A stretch of DNA of 64,000 nucleotides from Auanema rhodensis. Taxonomy: Eukaryota > Animalia > Nematoda. The position numbers and the translations under genes were made by a program. The stretch is taken from contig OZ059900.1 in NCBI GenBank assembly GCA_964057225.1, forward strand, positions 3,844,001-3,908,000, written 5' to 3'. Shown one piece after another: positions 27,155 through 40,569 of the stretch. Under the pieces are notes generated by a model. It worked only from the letters and a program-made list of their open reading frames with translations, ran no database searches and was not told the origin of the DNA. Each line of letters opens with the position of its first letter. Position 1 is the stretch's first letter.

Positions 27155-30100
27155 TATATGAGCGATTCAGCCAGATAGGACTCAAAACTCGGAAATTTCA
27201 AAAATTCTTTCTATTTTCGACCTTTTTTGATCAAAATGAATAAATATCAGTGCAGACTCATGAAAGTAGACTGATTTTGTGTATTGTGTGTTTGATTCTC
27301 AATTCTTAACAAATATGATCAAAATTTACGAGTATCACAGAATTTGTACCAAAAATCGGTGAGTATATGGTGTTAAAGGCAAAAAACGACCATACTTAGT
27401 GTAGTAATGCTATTTGAGCGAAATTCAGTGATTTAAACTACATTAGTGTTTAATCAATGACTTTTGTTGTCATAGACAATAAAACTATGCTTTTGATCAT
27501 ATATATGAGCGATTTAGCCAAATTGGACTCAAAACTCGGAAATTTCAAAAATTCTTTCTATTTTCGACCTTTTTTGATCAAAATGAATAAATATCAGTGC
27601 AAACTTGTAAAAATAGACTCATTTCGTGTATTATGTGTTTGATTCTCGAATCTTAGCAAATATGATCGAAATTTACAAGTATTACAGATTTTGTACCAAA
27701 AATCGGTGAGTATATGGTGTTAGAGGCATAAAACCGACCATACTTAGTGTAGTAATGCTATTTGAGTGAAATTCAGTGATTTAAACATTATTAGTGTTTT
27801 CTTAATGACTTTTGTTGTCATAGACAATAAAACTATGCTTTTGATCATATATATGAGCGATTCAGCCAGATAGGACTCAAAACTCGGAAATTTCAAAAAT
27901 TCTTTCTATTTTCGACCTTTTTCGATCAAAATGAATAAATATCAGTGCAAACTCATAAAAATAGACTGATTTTGTGTATTGTATGTTTGATTCTCGAATC
28001 TTAACAAATATGATCAAAATTTACGAGTATCACAGATTTTGTACCAAAAATCGGTGAATCTATGGTGTTAAAGGTATAAAAACGACCATACTTAGTGTAG
28101 TAATGCTATTTAAGCGAAATTCAGTGATTTAAACATCATTAATGTTTAATTAATGACTTTTGTTGTCATAGACAATAAAACTATGCTTTTGATCATATAT
28201 ATGAGCGATTTAGCCAAATTGGACTCAAAACTCGGAAATTTCAAAAATTCTTTCTATTTTCGACCTTTTTTGATCAAAATGAATAAATATCAGTGCAAAC
28301 TCATAAAAATAGACTGATTTTGTGTATTGTATGTTTGATTCTCGAATCTTAACAAATATGATCAAAATTTACGAGTATCACAGATTTTGTACCAAAAATC
28401 GGTGAATCTATGGTGTTAAAGGTATAAAAACGACCATACTTAGTGTAGTAATGCTATTTGAGCGAAATTCAGTGATTTAAACATCATTAATGTTTAATTA
28501 ATGATTTTTGTTGTCATAGACAATAAAACTATGCTTTTGATCATATATATGAGCGATTTAGCCAAATTGGACTCAAAACTCGGAAATTTCAAAAATTCTT
28601 TCTATTTTCGACCTTTTTTGATCAAAATGAATAAATATCAGTGCAGACTCATGAAAATAGACTGATTTTGTGTATTGTGTGTTTGATTCTCAAATCGTAA
28701 CAAATATGATCAAAATTTACGAGTATCACAGAATTTGTACCAAAAATCGGTGAGTATATGGTGTTAAAGGCAAAAAACGACCATACTTAGTGTAGTAATG
28801 CTATTTGAGCGAAATTCAGTGATTTAAACTACATTAGTGTTTAATCAATGACTTTCGCTGTCATAGACAATAAAACTATGCTTTTGATCATATATATGAG
28901 CGATTTAGCCAAATTGGACTCAAAACTCGGAAAATTCAAAAATTCTTTCTATTTTCGACCTTTTTTGATCAAAATAAATAAATATCAGTGCAAACTTGTA
29001 AAAATAGACTTATTTCGTGTATTATGTGTTTGATTCTCGAACCTTAGCGAATATGATCGAAATTTACAAGTATTACAGATTTTGTACCAAAAATCGGTGA
29101 GTATATGGTGTTAGAGGCATAAAAACGACCATACTTAGTGTAGTAATGCTATTTGAGTGAAATTCAGTGATTTAAACATTATTAGTGTTTTCTTAATGAC
29201 TTTTGTTGTCATAGACAATGAAACTATGCTTTTGATCATATATATGAGCGATTCAGCCAGATCGGACTCAAAACTCGGAAATTTCAAAAATTCTTTCTAT
29301 TTTCGACCTTTTTTGATCAAAATGAATAAATATCAGTGCAGACTCATGAAAATAGACTGATTTTGTGTATTGTGTGTTTGATTCTCAAATCTTAACAAAT
29401 ATGATCAAAATTTACGAGTATCACAGAATTTGTACAAAAAATCGGTGAGTATATGGTGTTAAAGGCAAAAAACGACCATACTTAGTGTAGTAATGCTATT
29501 TGAGCGAAATTCAGTGATTTAAACATCATTAGTGTTTAATTAATGACTTTTGTTGTCATAGACAATAAAACTATGCTTTTGATCATATATATGAGCGATT
29601 TAGCCAAATTGGACTCAAAACTCGGAAATTTTAAAAATTCTTTCTATTTTCGACCTTTTTTGATCAAAATGAATAAATATCAGTGCAGACTCATGAAAAT
29701 AGACTGATTTTGTGTATTGTGTGTTTGATTCTCAAATCTTAACGAATATGATCAAAATTTACAAGTATTACAGATTTTGTACCAAAAATCGGTGAGTATA
29801 TTTTGTTAAAGGCATAAAAACGACCATACTTAGTGTAGTAATGCTATTTGAGCGAAATTCAGTGATTTAAACATCATTAGTGTTTAATTAATGACTTTTG
29901 TTGTCATAGACAATAAAACTATGCTTTTGATCATATATATGAGCGATTTATCCGAATTGGACTCAAAACTCGGAAAATTCAAAAATTCTTTCTATTTTCG
30001 ACCTTTTTTGATCAAAATGAATAAATATCAGTGCAAACTTGTAAAAATAGACTCATTTCGTGTATTATGTGTTTGATTCTCGAATCTTAGCAAATATGAT

Positions 30101-33100
30101 CGAAATTTACAAGTATTACAGATTTTGTACCAAAAATCGGTGAGTATATTTTGTTAAAGGCATAAAAACGACCATACTTAGTGTAGTAATGCTATTTGAG
30201 CGAAATTCAGTGATTTAAACATCATTAGTGTTTAATCAATGACTTTCGCTGTCATAGACAATAAAACTATGCTTTTGATCATATATATGAGCGATTTAGC
30301 CAAATTGGACTCAAAACTCGGAAAATTCAAAAATTCTTTCTATTTTCGACCTTTTTTGATCAAAATGAATAAATATCAGTGCAAACTTGTAAAAATAGAC
30401 TTATTTCGTGTATTATGTGTTTGATTCTCGAATCTTAGCAAATATGATCGAAATTTACAAGTATTACAGATTTTGTACCAAAAATCGGTGAGTATATGGT
30501 GTTAGAGGCATAAAACCGACCATACTTAGTGTAGTAATGCTATTTGAGTGAAATTCAGTGATTTAAACATTATTAGTGTTTTCTTAATGACTTTTGTTGT
30601 CATAGACAATAAAACTATGCTTTTGATCATATATATGAGCGATTCAGCCAGATAGGACTCAAAACTCGGAAATTTCAAAAATTCTTTCTATTTTCGACCT
30701 TTTTTGATCAAAATGAATAAATATCAGTGCAGACTCATGAAAATAGACTGATTTAGTGTATTGTGTGTTTGATTCTCAAATCTTAACAAATATGATCAAA
30801 ATTTACGAGTATCACAGAATTTGTACCAAAAATCGGTGAGTATATGGTGTTAAAGGCAAAAAACGACCATACTTAGTGTAGTAATGCTATTTGAGCGAAA
30901 TTCAGTGATTTAAACTACATTAGTGTTTAATCAATGACTTTTGTTGTCATAGACAATAAAACTATGCTTTTGATCATATATATGAGCGATTTAGCCAAAT
31001 TGGACTCAAAACTCGGAAATTTCAAAAATTCTTTCTATTTTCGACCTTTTCTGATCAAAATGAATAAATATCAGTGCAGACTCATGAAAATAGACTGATT
31101 TTGTGTATTGTGTGTTTGATTCTCAAATCGTAACAAATATGATCAAAATTTACGAGTATCACAGAATTTGTACCAAAAATCGGTGAGTATATGGTGTTAA
31201 AGGCAAAAAACGACCATACTTAGTGTAGTAATGCTATTTGAGCGAAATTCAGTGATTTAAACTACATTAGTGTTTAATCAATGACTTTTGTTGTCATAGA
31301 CAATAAAACTATGCTTTTGATCATATATATGAGCGATTTAGCCAAATTGGACTCAAAACTCGGAAATTTTAAAAATTCTTTCTATTTTCGACCTTTTTTG
31401 ATCAAAATGAATAAATATCAGTGCAGACTCATGAAAATAGACTGATTTTGTGTATTGTGTGTTTGATTCTCAAATCGTAACAAATATGATCAAAATTTAC
31501 GAGTATCACAGAATTTGTACCAAAAATCGGTGAGTATATGGTGTTAAAGGCAAAAAACGACCATACTTAGTGTAGTAATGCTATTTGAGCGAAATTCAGT
31601 GATTTAAACTACATTAGTGTTTAATCAATGACTTTCGCTGTCATAGACAATAAAACTATGCTTTTGATCATATATATGATCGATTTAGCCAAATTGGACT
31701 CAAAACTCGGAAAATTCAAAAATTCTTTCTATTTTCGACCTTTTTTGATCAAAATGAATAAATATCAGTGCAAACTTGTAAAAATAGACTTATTTCGTGT
31801 ATTATGTGTTTGATTCTCGAACCTTAGCGAATATGATCGAAATTTACAAGTATTACAGATTTTGTACCAAAAATCGGTGAGTATATGGTGTTAGAGGCAT
31901 AAAAACGACCATACTTAGTGTAGTAATGCTATTTGAGTGAAATTCAGTGATTTAAACATTATTAGTGTTTTCTTAATGACTTTTGTTGTCATAGACAATG
32001 AAACTATGCTTTTGATCATATATATGAGCGATTCAGCCAGATAGGACTCAAAACTCGGAAATTTCAAAAATTCTTTCTATTTTCGACCTTTTTTGATCAA
32101 AATGAATAAATATCAGTGCAGACTCATGAAAATAGACTGATTTTGTGTATTGTGTGTTTGATTCTCAAATCTTAACAAATATGATCAAAATTTACGAGTA
32201 TCACAGAATTTGTACAAAAAATCGGTGAGTATATGGTGTTAAAGGCAAAAAACGACCATACTTAGTGTAGTAATGCTATTTGAGCGAAATTCAGTGATTT
32301 AAACATCATTTTTGTTTAATTAATGACTTTTGTTGTCATAGACAATAAAACTATGCTTTTGATCATATATATGAGCGATTTAGCCAAATTGGACTCAAAA
32401 CTCGGAAATTTTAAAAATTCTTTCTATTTTCGACCTTTTTTGATCAAAATGAATAAATATCAGTGCAGACTCATGAAAATAGACTGATTTTGTGTATTGT
32501 GTGTTTGATTCTCAAATCTTAACGAATATGATCAAAATTTACAAGTATTACAGATTTTGTACCAAAAATCGGTGAGTATATTTTGTTAAAGGCATAAAAA
32601 CGACCATACTTAGTGTAGTAATGCTATTTGAGCGAAATTCAGTGATTTAAACATCATTAGTGTTTAATTAATGACTTTTGTTGTCATAGACAATAAAACT
32701 ATGCTTTTGATCATATATATGAGCGATTTATCCGAATTGGACTCAAAACTCGGAAAATTCAAAAATTCTTTCTATTTTCGACCTTTTTTGATCAAAATGA
32801 ATAAATATCAGTGCAAACTTGTAAAAATAGACTCATTTCGTGTATTATGTGTTTGATTCTCGAATCTTAGCAAATATGATCGAAATTTACAAGTATTACA
32901 GATTTTGTACCAAAAATCGGTGAGTATATTTTGTTAAAGGCATAAAAACGACCATACTTAGTGTAGTAATGCTATTTGAGCGAAATTCAGTGATTTAAAC
33001 ATCATTAGTGTTTAATCAATGACTTTCGCTGTCATAGACAATAAAACTATGCTTTTGATCATATATATGAGCGATTTAGCCAAATTGGACTCAAAACTCG

Positions 33101-36100
33101 GAAAATTCAAAAATTCTTTCTATTTTCGACCTTTTTTGATCAAAATGAATAAATATCAGTGCAAACTTGTAAAAATAGACTTATTTCGTGTATTATGTGT
33201 TTGATTCTCGAATCTTAGCAAATATGATCGAAATTTACAAGTATTACAGATTTTGTACCAAAAATCGGTGAGTATATTGTGTTAGAGGCATAAAACCGAC
33301 CATACTTAGTGTAGTAATGCTATTTGAGTGAAATTCAGTGATTTAAACATTATTAGTGTTTTCTTAATGACTTTTGTTGTCATAGACAATAAAACTATGC
33401 TTTTGATCATATATATGAGCGATTCAGCCAGATAGGACTCAAAACTCGGAAATTTCAAAAATTCTTTCTATTTTCGACCTTTTTTGATCAAAATGAATAA
33501 ATATCAGTGCAGACTCATGAAAATAGACTGATTTTGTGTATTGTGTGTTTGATTCTCAAATCTTAACAAATATGATCAAAATTTACGAGTATCACAGAAT
33601 TTGTACCAAAAATCGGTGAGTATATGGTGTTAAAGGCAAAAAACGACCATACTTAGTGTAGTAATGCTATTTGAGCGAAATTCAGTGATTTAAACTACAT
33701 TAGTGTTTAATCAATGACTTTCGCTGTCATAGACAATAAAACTATGCTTTTGATCATATATATGAGCGATTCAGCCAAATTGGACTCAAAACTCGGAAAA
33801 TTCAAAAATTCTTTCTATTTTCGACCTTTTTTGATCAAAATGAATAAATATCAGTGCAAACTTGTAAAAATAGACTTATTTCGTGTATTATGTGTTTGAT
33901 TCTCGAACCTTAGCAAATATGATCGAAATTTACAAGTATTACAGATTTTGTACCAAAAATCGGTGAGTATATGGTGTTAGAGGCATAAAAACGACCATAC
34001 TTAGTGTAGTAATGCTATTTGAGTGAAATTCAGTGATTTAAACATTATTAGTGTTTTCTTAATGACTTTTGTTGTCATAGACAATGAAACTATGCTTTTG
34101 ATCATATATATGAGCGATTCAGCCAGATAGGACTCAAAACTCGGAAATTTCAAAAATTCTTTCTATTTTCGACCTTTTTTGATCAAAATGAATAAATATC
34201 AGTGCAGACTCATGAAAATAGACTGATTTTGTGTATTGTGTGTTTGATTCTCAAATCTTAACAAATATGATCAAAATTTACGAGTATCACAGAATTTGTA
34301 CCAAAAATCGGTGAGTATATGGTGTTAGAGGCATAAAAACGACCATACTTAGTGTAGTAATGCTATTTGAGCGAAATTCAGTGATTTAAACATCATTTTT
34401 GTTTAATTAATGACTTTTGTTGTCATAGACAATAAAACTATGCTTTTGATCATATATATGAGCGATTTATCCAAATTGGACTCAAAACTCGGAAAATTCA
34501 AAAATTCTTTCTATTTTCGACCTTTTTTGATCAAAATGAATAAATATCAGTGTAGACTCATGAAAATAGACTGATTTTGTGTATTGTGTGTTTGATTCTC
34601 AAATCTTAACGAATATGATCAAAATTTACAAGTATTACAGATTTTGTACCAAAAATCGGTGAGTATATTTTGTTAAAGGCATAAAAACGACCATACTTAG
34701 TGTAGTAATGCTATTTGAGCGAAATTCAGTGATTTAAACATCATTAGTGTTTAATTAATGACTTTTGTTGTCATAGACAATAAAACTATGCTTTTGATCA
34801 TATATATGAGCGATTTATCCGAATTGGACTCAAAACTCGGAAAATTCAAAAATTCTTTCTATTTTCGACCTTTTTTGATCAAAATGAATAAATATCAGTG
34901 CAAACTTGTAAAAATAGACTCATTTCGTGTATTATGTGTTTGATTCTCGAATCTTAGCAAATATGATCGAAATTTACAAGTATTACAGATTTTGTACCAA
35001 AAATCGGTGAGTATATTTTGTTAAAGGCATAAAAACGACCATACTTAGTGTAGTAATGCTATTTGAGCGAAATTCAGTGATTTAAACATCATTAGTGTTT
35101 AATCAATGACTTTCGCTGTCATAGACAATAAAACTATGCTTTTGATCATATATATGAGCGATTTAGCCAAATTGGACTCAAAACTCGGAAAATTCAAAAA
35201 TTCTTTCTATTTTCGACCTTTTTTGATCAAAATGAATAAATATCAGTGCAAACTTGTAAAAATAGACTTATTTCGTGTATTATGTGTTTGATTCTCGAAT
35301 CTTAGCAAATATGATCGAAATTTACAAGTATTACAGATTTTGTACCAAAAATCGGTGAGTATATTGTGTTAGAGGCATAAAACCGACCATACTTAGTGTA
35401 GTAATGCTATTTGAGTGAAATTCAGTGATTTAAACATTATTAGTGTTTTCTTAATGACTTTTGTTGTCATAGACAATAAAACTATGCTTTTGATCATATA
35501 TATGAGCGATTCAGCCAGATAGGACTCAAAACTCGGAAATTTCAAAAATTCTTTCTATTTTCGACCTTTTTTGATCAAAATGAATAAATATCAGTGCAGA
35601 CTCATGAAAATAGACTGATTTTGTGTATTGTGTGTTTGATTCTCAAATCTTAACAAATATGATCAAAATTTACGAGTATCACAGAATTTGTACCAAAAAT
35701 CGGTGAGTATATGGTGTTAAAGGCAAAAAACGACCATACTTAGTGTAGTAATGCTATTTGAGCGAAATTCAGTGATTTAAACTACATTAGTGTTTAATCA
35801 ATGACTTTTGTTGTCATAGACAATAAAACTATGCTTTTGATCATATATATGAGCGATTTAGCCAAATTGGACTCAAAACTCGGAAATTTCAAAAATTCTT
35901 TCTATTTTCGACCTTTTTTGATCAAAATGAATAAATATCAGTGCAGACTCATGAAAATAGACTGATTTTGTGTATTGTGTGTTTGATTCTCAAATCGTAA
36001 CAAATATGATCAAAATTTACGAGTATCACAGAATTTGTACCAAAAATCGGTGAGTATATGGTGTTAAAGGCAAAAAACGACCATACTTAGTGTAGTAATG

Positions 36101-39100
36101 CTATTTGAGCGAAATTCAGTGATTTAAACTACATCAGTGTTTAATCAATGACTTTCGCTGTCATAGACAATAAAACTATGCTTTTGATCATATATATGAG
36201 CGATTCAGCCAAATTGGACTCAAAACTCGGAAAATTCAAAAATTCTTTCTATTTTCGACCTTTTTTGATCAAAATGAATAAATATCAGTGCAAACTTGTA
36301 AAAATAGACTTATTTCGTGTATTATGTGTTTGATTCTCGAACCTTAGCAAATATGATCGAAATTTACAAGTATTACAGATTTTGTACCAAAAATCGGTGA
36401 GTATATGGTGTTAGAGGCATAAAAACGACCATACTTAGTGTAGTAATGCTATTTGAGTGAAATTCAGTGATTTAAACATTATTAGTGTTTTCTTAATGAC
36501 TTTTGTTGTCATAGACAATGAAACTATGCTTTTGATCATATATATGAGCGATTCAGCCAGATAGGACTCAAAACTCGGAAATTTCAAAAATTCTTTCTAT
36601 TTTCGACCTTTTTTGATCAAAATGAATAAATATCAGTGCAGACTCATGAAAATAGACTGATTTTGTGTATTGTGTGTTTGATTCTCAAATCTTAACAAAT
36701 ATGATCAAAATTTACGAGTATCACAGAATTTGTACCAAAAATCGGTGAGTATATGGTGTTAAAGGCAAAAAACGACCATACTTAGTGTAGTAATGCTATT
36801 TGAGCGAAATTCAGTGATTTAAACTACATTAGTGTTTAATCAATGACTTTTGTTGTCATAGACAATAAAACTATGCTTTTGATCATATATATGAGCGATT
36901 TAGCCAAATTGGACTCAAAACTCGGAAAATTCAAAAATTCTTTCTATTTTCGACCTTTTTTGATCAAAATGAATAAATATCAGTGCAAACTCATAAAAAT
37001 AGACTGATTTTGTGTATTGTATGTTTGATTCTCGAATCTTAACAAATATGATCAAAATTTACGAGTATCACAGATTTTGTACCAAAAATCGGTGAATCTA
37101 TGGTGTTAAAGGTATAAAAACGACCATACTTAGTGTAGTAATGCTATTTAAGCGAAATTCAGTGATTTAAACATCATTAATGTTTAATTAATGACTTTTG
37201 TTGTCATAGACAATAAAACTATGCTTTTGATCATATATATGAGCGATTTAGCCAAATTGGACTCAAAACTCGGAAATTTCAAAAATTCTTTCTATTTTCG
37301 ACCTTTTTTGATCAAAATGAATAAATATCAGTGCAGACTCATGAAAATAGACTGATTTTGTGTATTGTGTGTTTGATTCTCAAATCGTAACAAATATGAT
37401 CAAAATTTACGAGTATCACAGAATTTGTACCAAAAATCGGTGAGTATATGGTGTTAAAGGCAAAAAACGACCATACTTAGTGTAGTAATGCTATTTGAGC
37501 GAAATTCAGTGATTTAAACATTATTAGTGTTTAATTAATGACTTTTGCTGTTATAGACAATAAAACTATGCTTTTGATCATATATATGAGCGATTTATAC
37601 AAATTGGACTCAAAACTCGGAAAATTCAAAAATTCTGTCTATTTTCGACCTTTTTTGATCAAAATGAATAAATATTAGTGCAAACTCATAAAAATAGACT
37701 GATTCTGTGTATTGTGTGTTTGATTCTCAAATCGTAACAAATATGATCAAAATTTACGAGTATCACAGAATTTGTACCAAAAATCGGTGAGTATATGGTG
37801 TTAAAGGCATAAAAACGACCATACTTAGTGTAGTAATGCTATTCGAGCGAAATTCAGTGATTTAAACATCATTAGTGTTTAATTAATGACTTTTGTTGTT
37901 ATAGACGATGAAACTATGATTTTGATCATATATATGAACGATTTAGCCAAATTGGACTCAAAACTCGGAAATTTCAAAAATTCTTTCTATTTTCGACCTT
38001 TTTTGATCAAAATGAATAGATATCAGTGCAGACTCATGAAAATAGACTGATTCTGTGTATTGTGTGTTTGATTCTCAAATCGTAACAAATATGATCAAAA
38101 TTTACGAGTATCACAGAATTTGTACCAAAAATCGGTGAGTATATGGTGTTAAAGGCAAAAAACGACCATACTTAGTGTAGTAATGCTATTTGAGCGAAAT
38201 TCAGTTATTTAAACATCATTAGTGTTTAATTAATGACTTTTGTTGTTATAGACAATAAAACTATGCTTTTGATCGTATATATGAGCGATTTATACAAATT
38301 GGACTCAAAACTCGGAAAATTCAAAAATTCTGTCTATTTTCGACCTTTTTTGATCAAAATGAATAAATATTAGTGCAAACTCATAAAAATAGACTGATTT
38401 TGTATATTGTATGTTTGATTCTCAAATCGTATCAAATATGATCAAAATTTACGAGTATCACAGAATTTATTCCAAAGTCGGTGAGTATATGGTGTTAAAG
38501 GCAAAAAACGACCATACTTAGTGTAGTAATGCTATTTGAGCGAAATTCAGTGATTTAAACATTATTAGTGTATATTTGGAGACTTTCGTTATCACAGACA
38601 ATAAAACTATGCTTTTGATCATAGATATGAGCGATTTAGCCAAATTGGACTCAAAACTCGGAAAATTCGAAAATTCTTTCTATTTTCGACCTTTTTTGAT
38701 CAAAATGAATAAATATCAGTGCAAACTTGTAAAAATAGACTTATTTCGAGTATTATGTGTTTGATTCTCGAATCTTAGCAAATATGATCAAAATTTACAA
38801 GTATTACAGATTTTGTACCAAAAATCGGTGAGTATATGGTGTTAGAGGCATAAAAACGACCATACTTAGTGTAGTAATGCTTTTTGAGCGAAATTCAGTG
38901 ATTTAAACATCATTAATGTTTAATTAATGACTTTTGTTGTCATAGACAATAAAACTATGCTTTTGATCATATATATGAGCGATTTAGCCAAATTGGACTC
39001 AAAACTCGGAAAATTCAAAAATTCTGTCTATTTTCGACCTTTTTTGATCAAAATGAATCAATATTAGTGCAAACTCATAAAAATAGACTGATTTTGTGTA

Positions 39101-40569
39101 TTGTGTGTTTGATTCTCAAATCGTAACAAATATGATCAAAATTTACGAGTATCACAGAATTTGTAACCAAAAATCGGTGAGTATATTTTGTTAAACGCAT
39201 AAAAACGACCATACTTAGTGTAGTAATGCTATTTGAGCGAAATTCAGTGATTTAAACATCATTAGTGTTTAATTAATGACTTTTGTTGTCATAGACAATA
39301 AAACTATGCTTTTGATCATATATATGAGCGATTTATCCAAATTGGACTCAAAACTCGGAAAATTCAAAAATTCTTTCTATTTTCGACCTTTTTTGATCAA
39401 AATGAATAAATATCAGTGCAAACTCATAAAAATAGACTGATTTTGTGTATTGTGTGTTTGATTCTCAAATCTTAACAAATATGATCAAAATTTACGAGTA
39501 TCACAGATTTTGTAACCAAAAATCGGTGAGTATATGGTGTTAAAGGCAAAAAACGACCATACTTAGTGTAGTAATGCTATTTGAGCGAAATTCAGTGATT
39601 TAAACATTATTAGTGTTTAATCAGTGACTTTTGTTGTCATAGAAAATGAAACTATGCTTTTTATCATATATATGAGCGATTAACCAAATTGGACTCAAAA
39701 CTCGGAAATTTCAAAAATTCTTTCTATTTTCGACCTTTTTTGATCAAAATGAATAAATATCAGTGCAGACTCATGAAAATAGACTGATTTTGTGTATTGT
39801 GTGTTTGATTCTCAAATCTTACCGAATATGATCGAATTTTACGAGTATTACAGATTTTGTACCAAAAATCGGTGAGTATATGGTGTTAGAGGCATAAAAA
39901 CGACCATACTTAGTGTAGTAATGGTATTTGAGCGAAATTCAGTGATTCAAACATTATTAGTGTTTAATCAATGACTTTTGTTGTCATAGACAATAAAACT
40001 ATGCTTTTGATCATATATATGAGCGATTCAGCCAGATAGGACTCAAAACTCGGAAAATTCAAAAATTCTTTCTATTTTCGACCTTTTTTGATCAAAATGA
40101 ATAAATATCAGTGCTAACTCGTAAAAATAGACTGATTTTGTGTAATGTTTGTTTGATTCTCGAATCTTAACAAATATGATCGAAATTTACGAGTATTACA
40201 GATTTTGTACCAAAAATCGGTGAGTATATGGTGTTAAAGGCATAAAAACGACCATACTTAGTGTAGTAATGCTATTTGAGCGAAATTAAGTGATTTTAAC
40301 ATCACTAGCGTTTAATTGATGACTTTTGTTGTCATAGACAATAAAACTATGCTTTTGATCATATATATGAGCGATTAACCAAATTGGACTCAAAACTCGG
40401 AAATTTCAAAAATTCTTTCTATTTTCGACCTTTTTTGATCAAAATGAATAAATATCAGTGCAGACTCATGAAAATAGACTGATTTTGTGTATTGTGTGTT
40501 TGATTCTCAAATCTTAACGAATATGATCAAAATTTACAAGTATTACAGATTTTGTACCAAAAATCGGTG

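Larger units (their letters stand above)
19786..30130. repeat. 13-monomer (4,520 bp) higher-order tandem duplication; second copy carries the transposon
   Basis: ORF-track pairs 19891/24411, 20242/24762 and 20937/25457 are offset by 4520. Pairs 21632/27457, 23023/28848, 23332/29157 and 24066/29891 are offset by 5825. Rare shared variants include GTACTATG, AAACAACC, TATAAGAGC, CTCAATTC and CAGATCGG. Boundaries are approximate. Confidence 0.9.
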
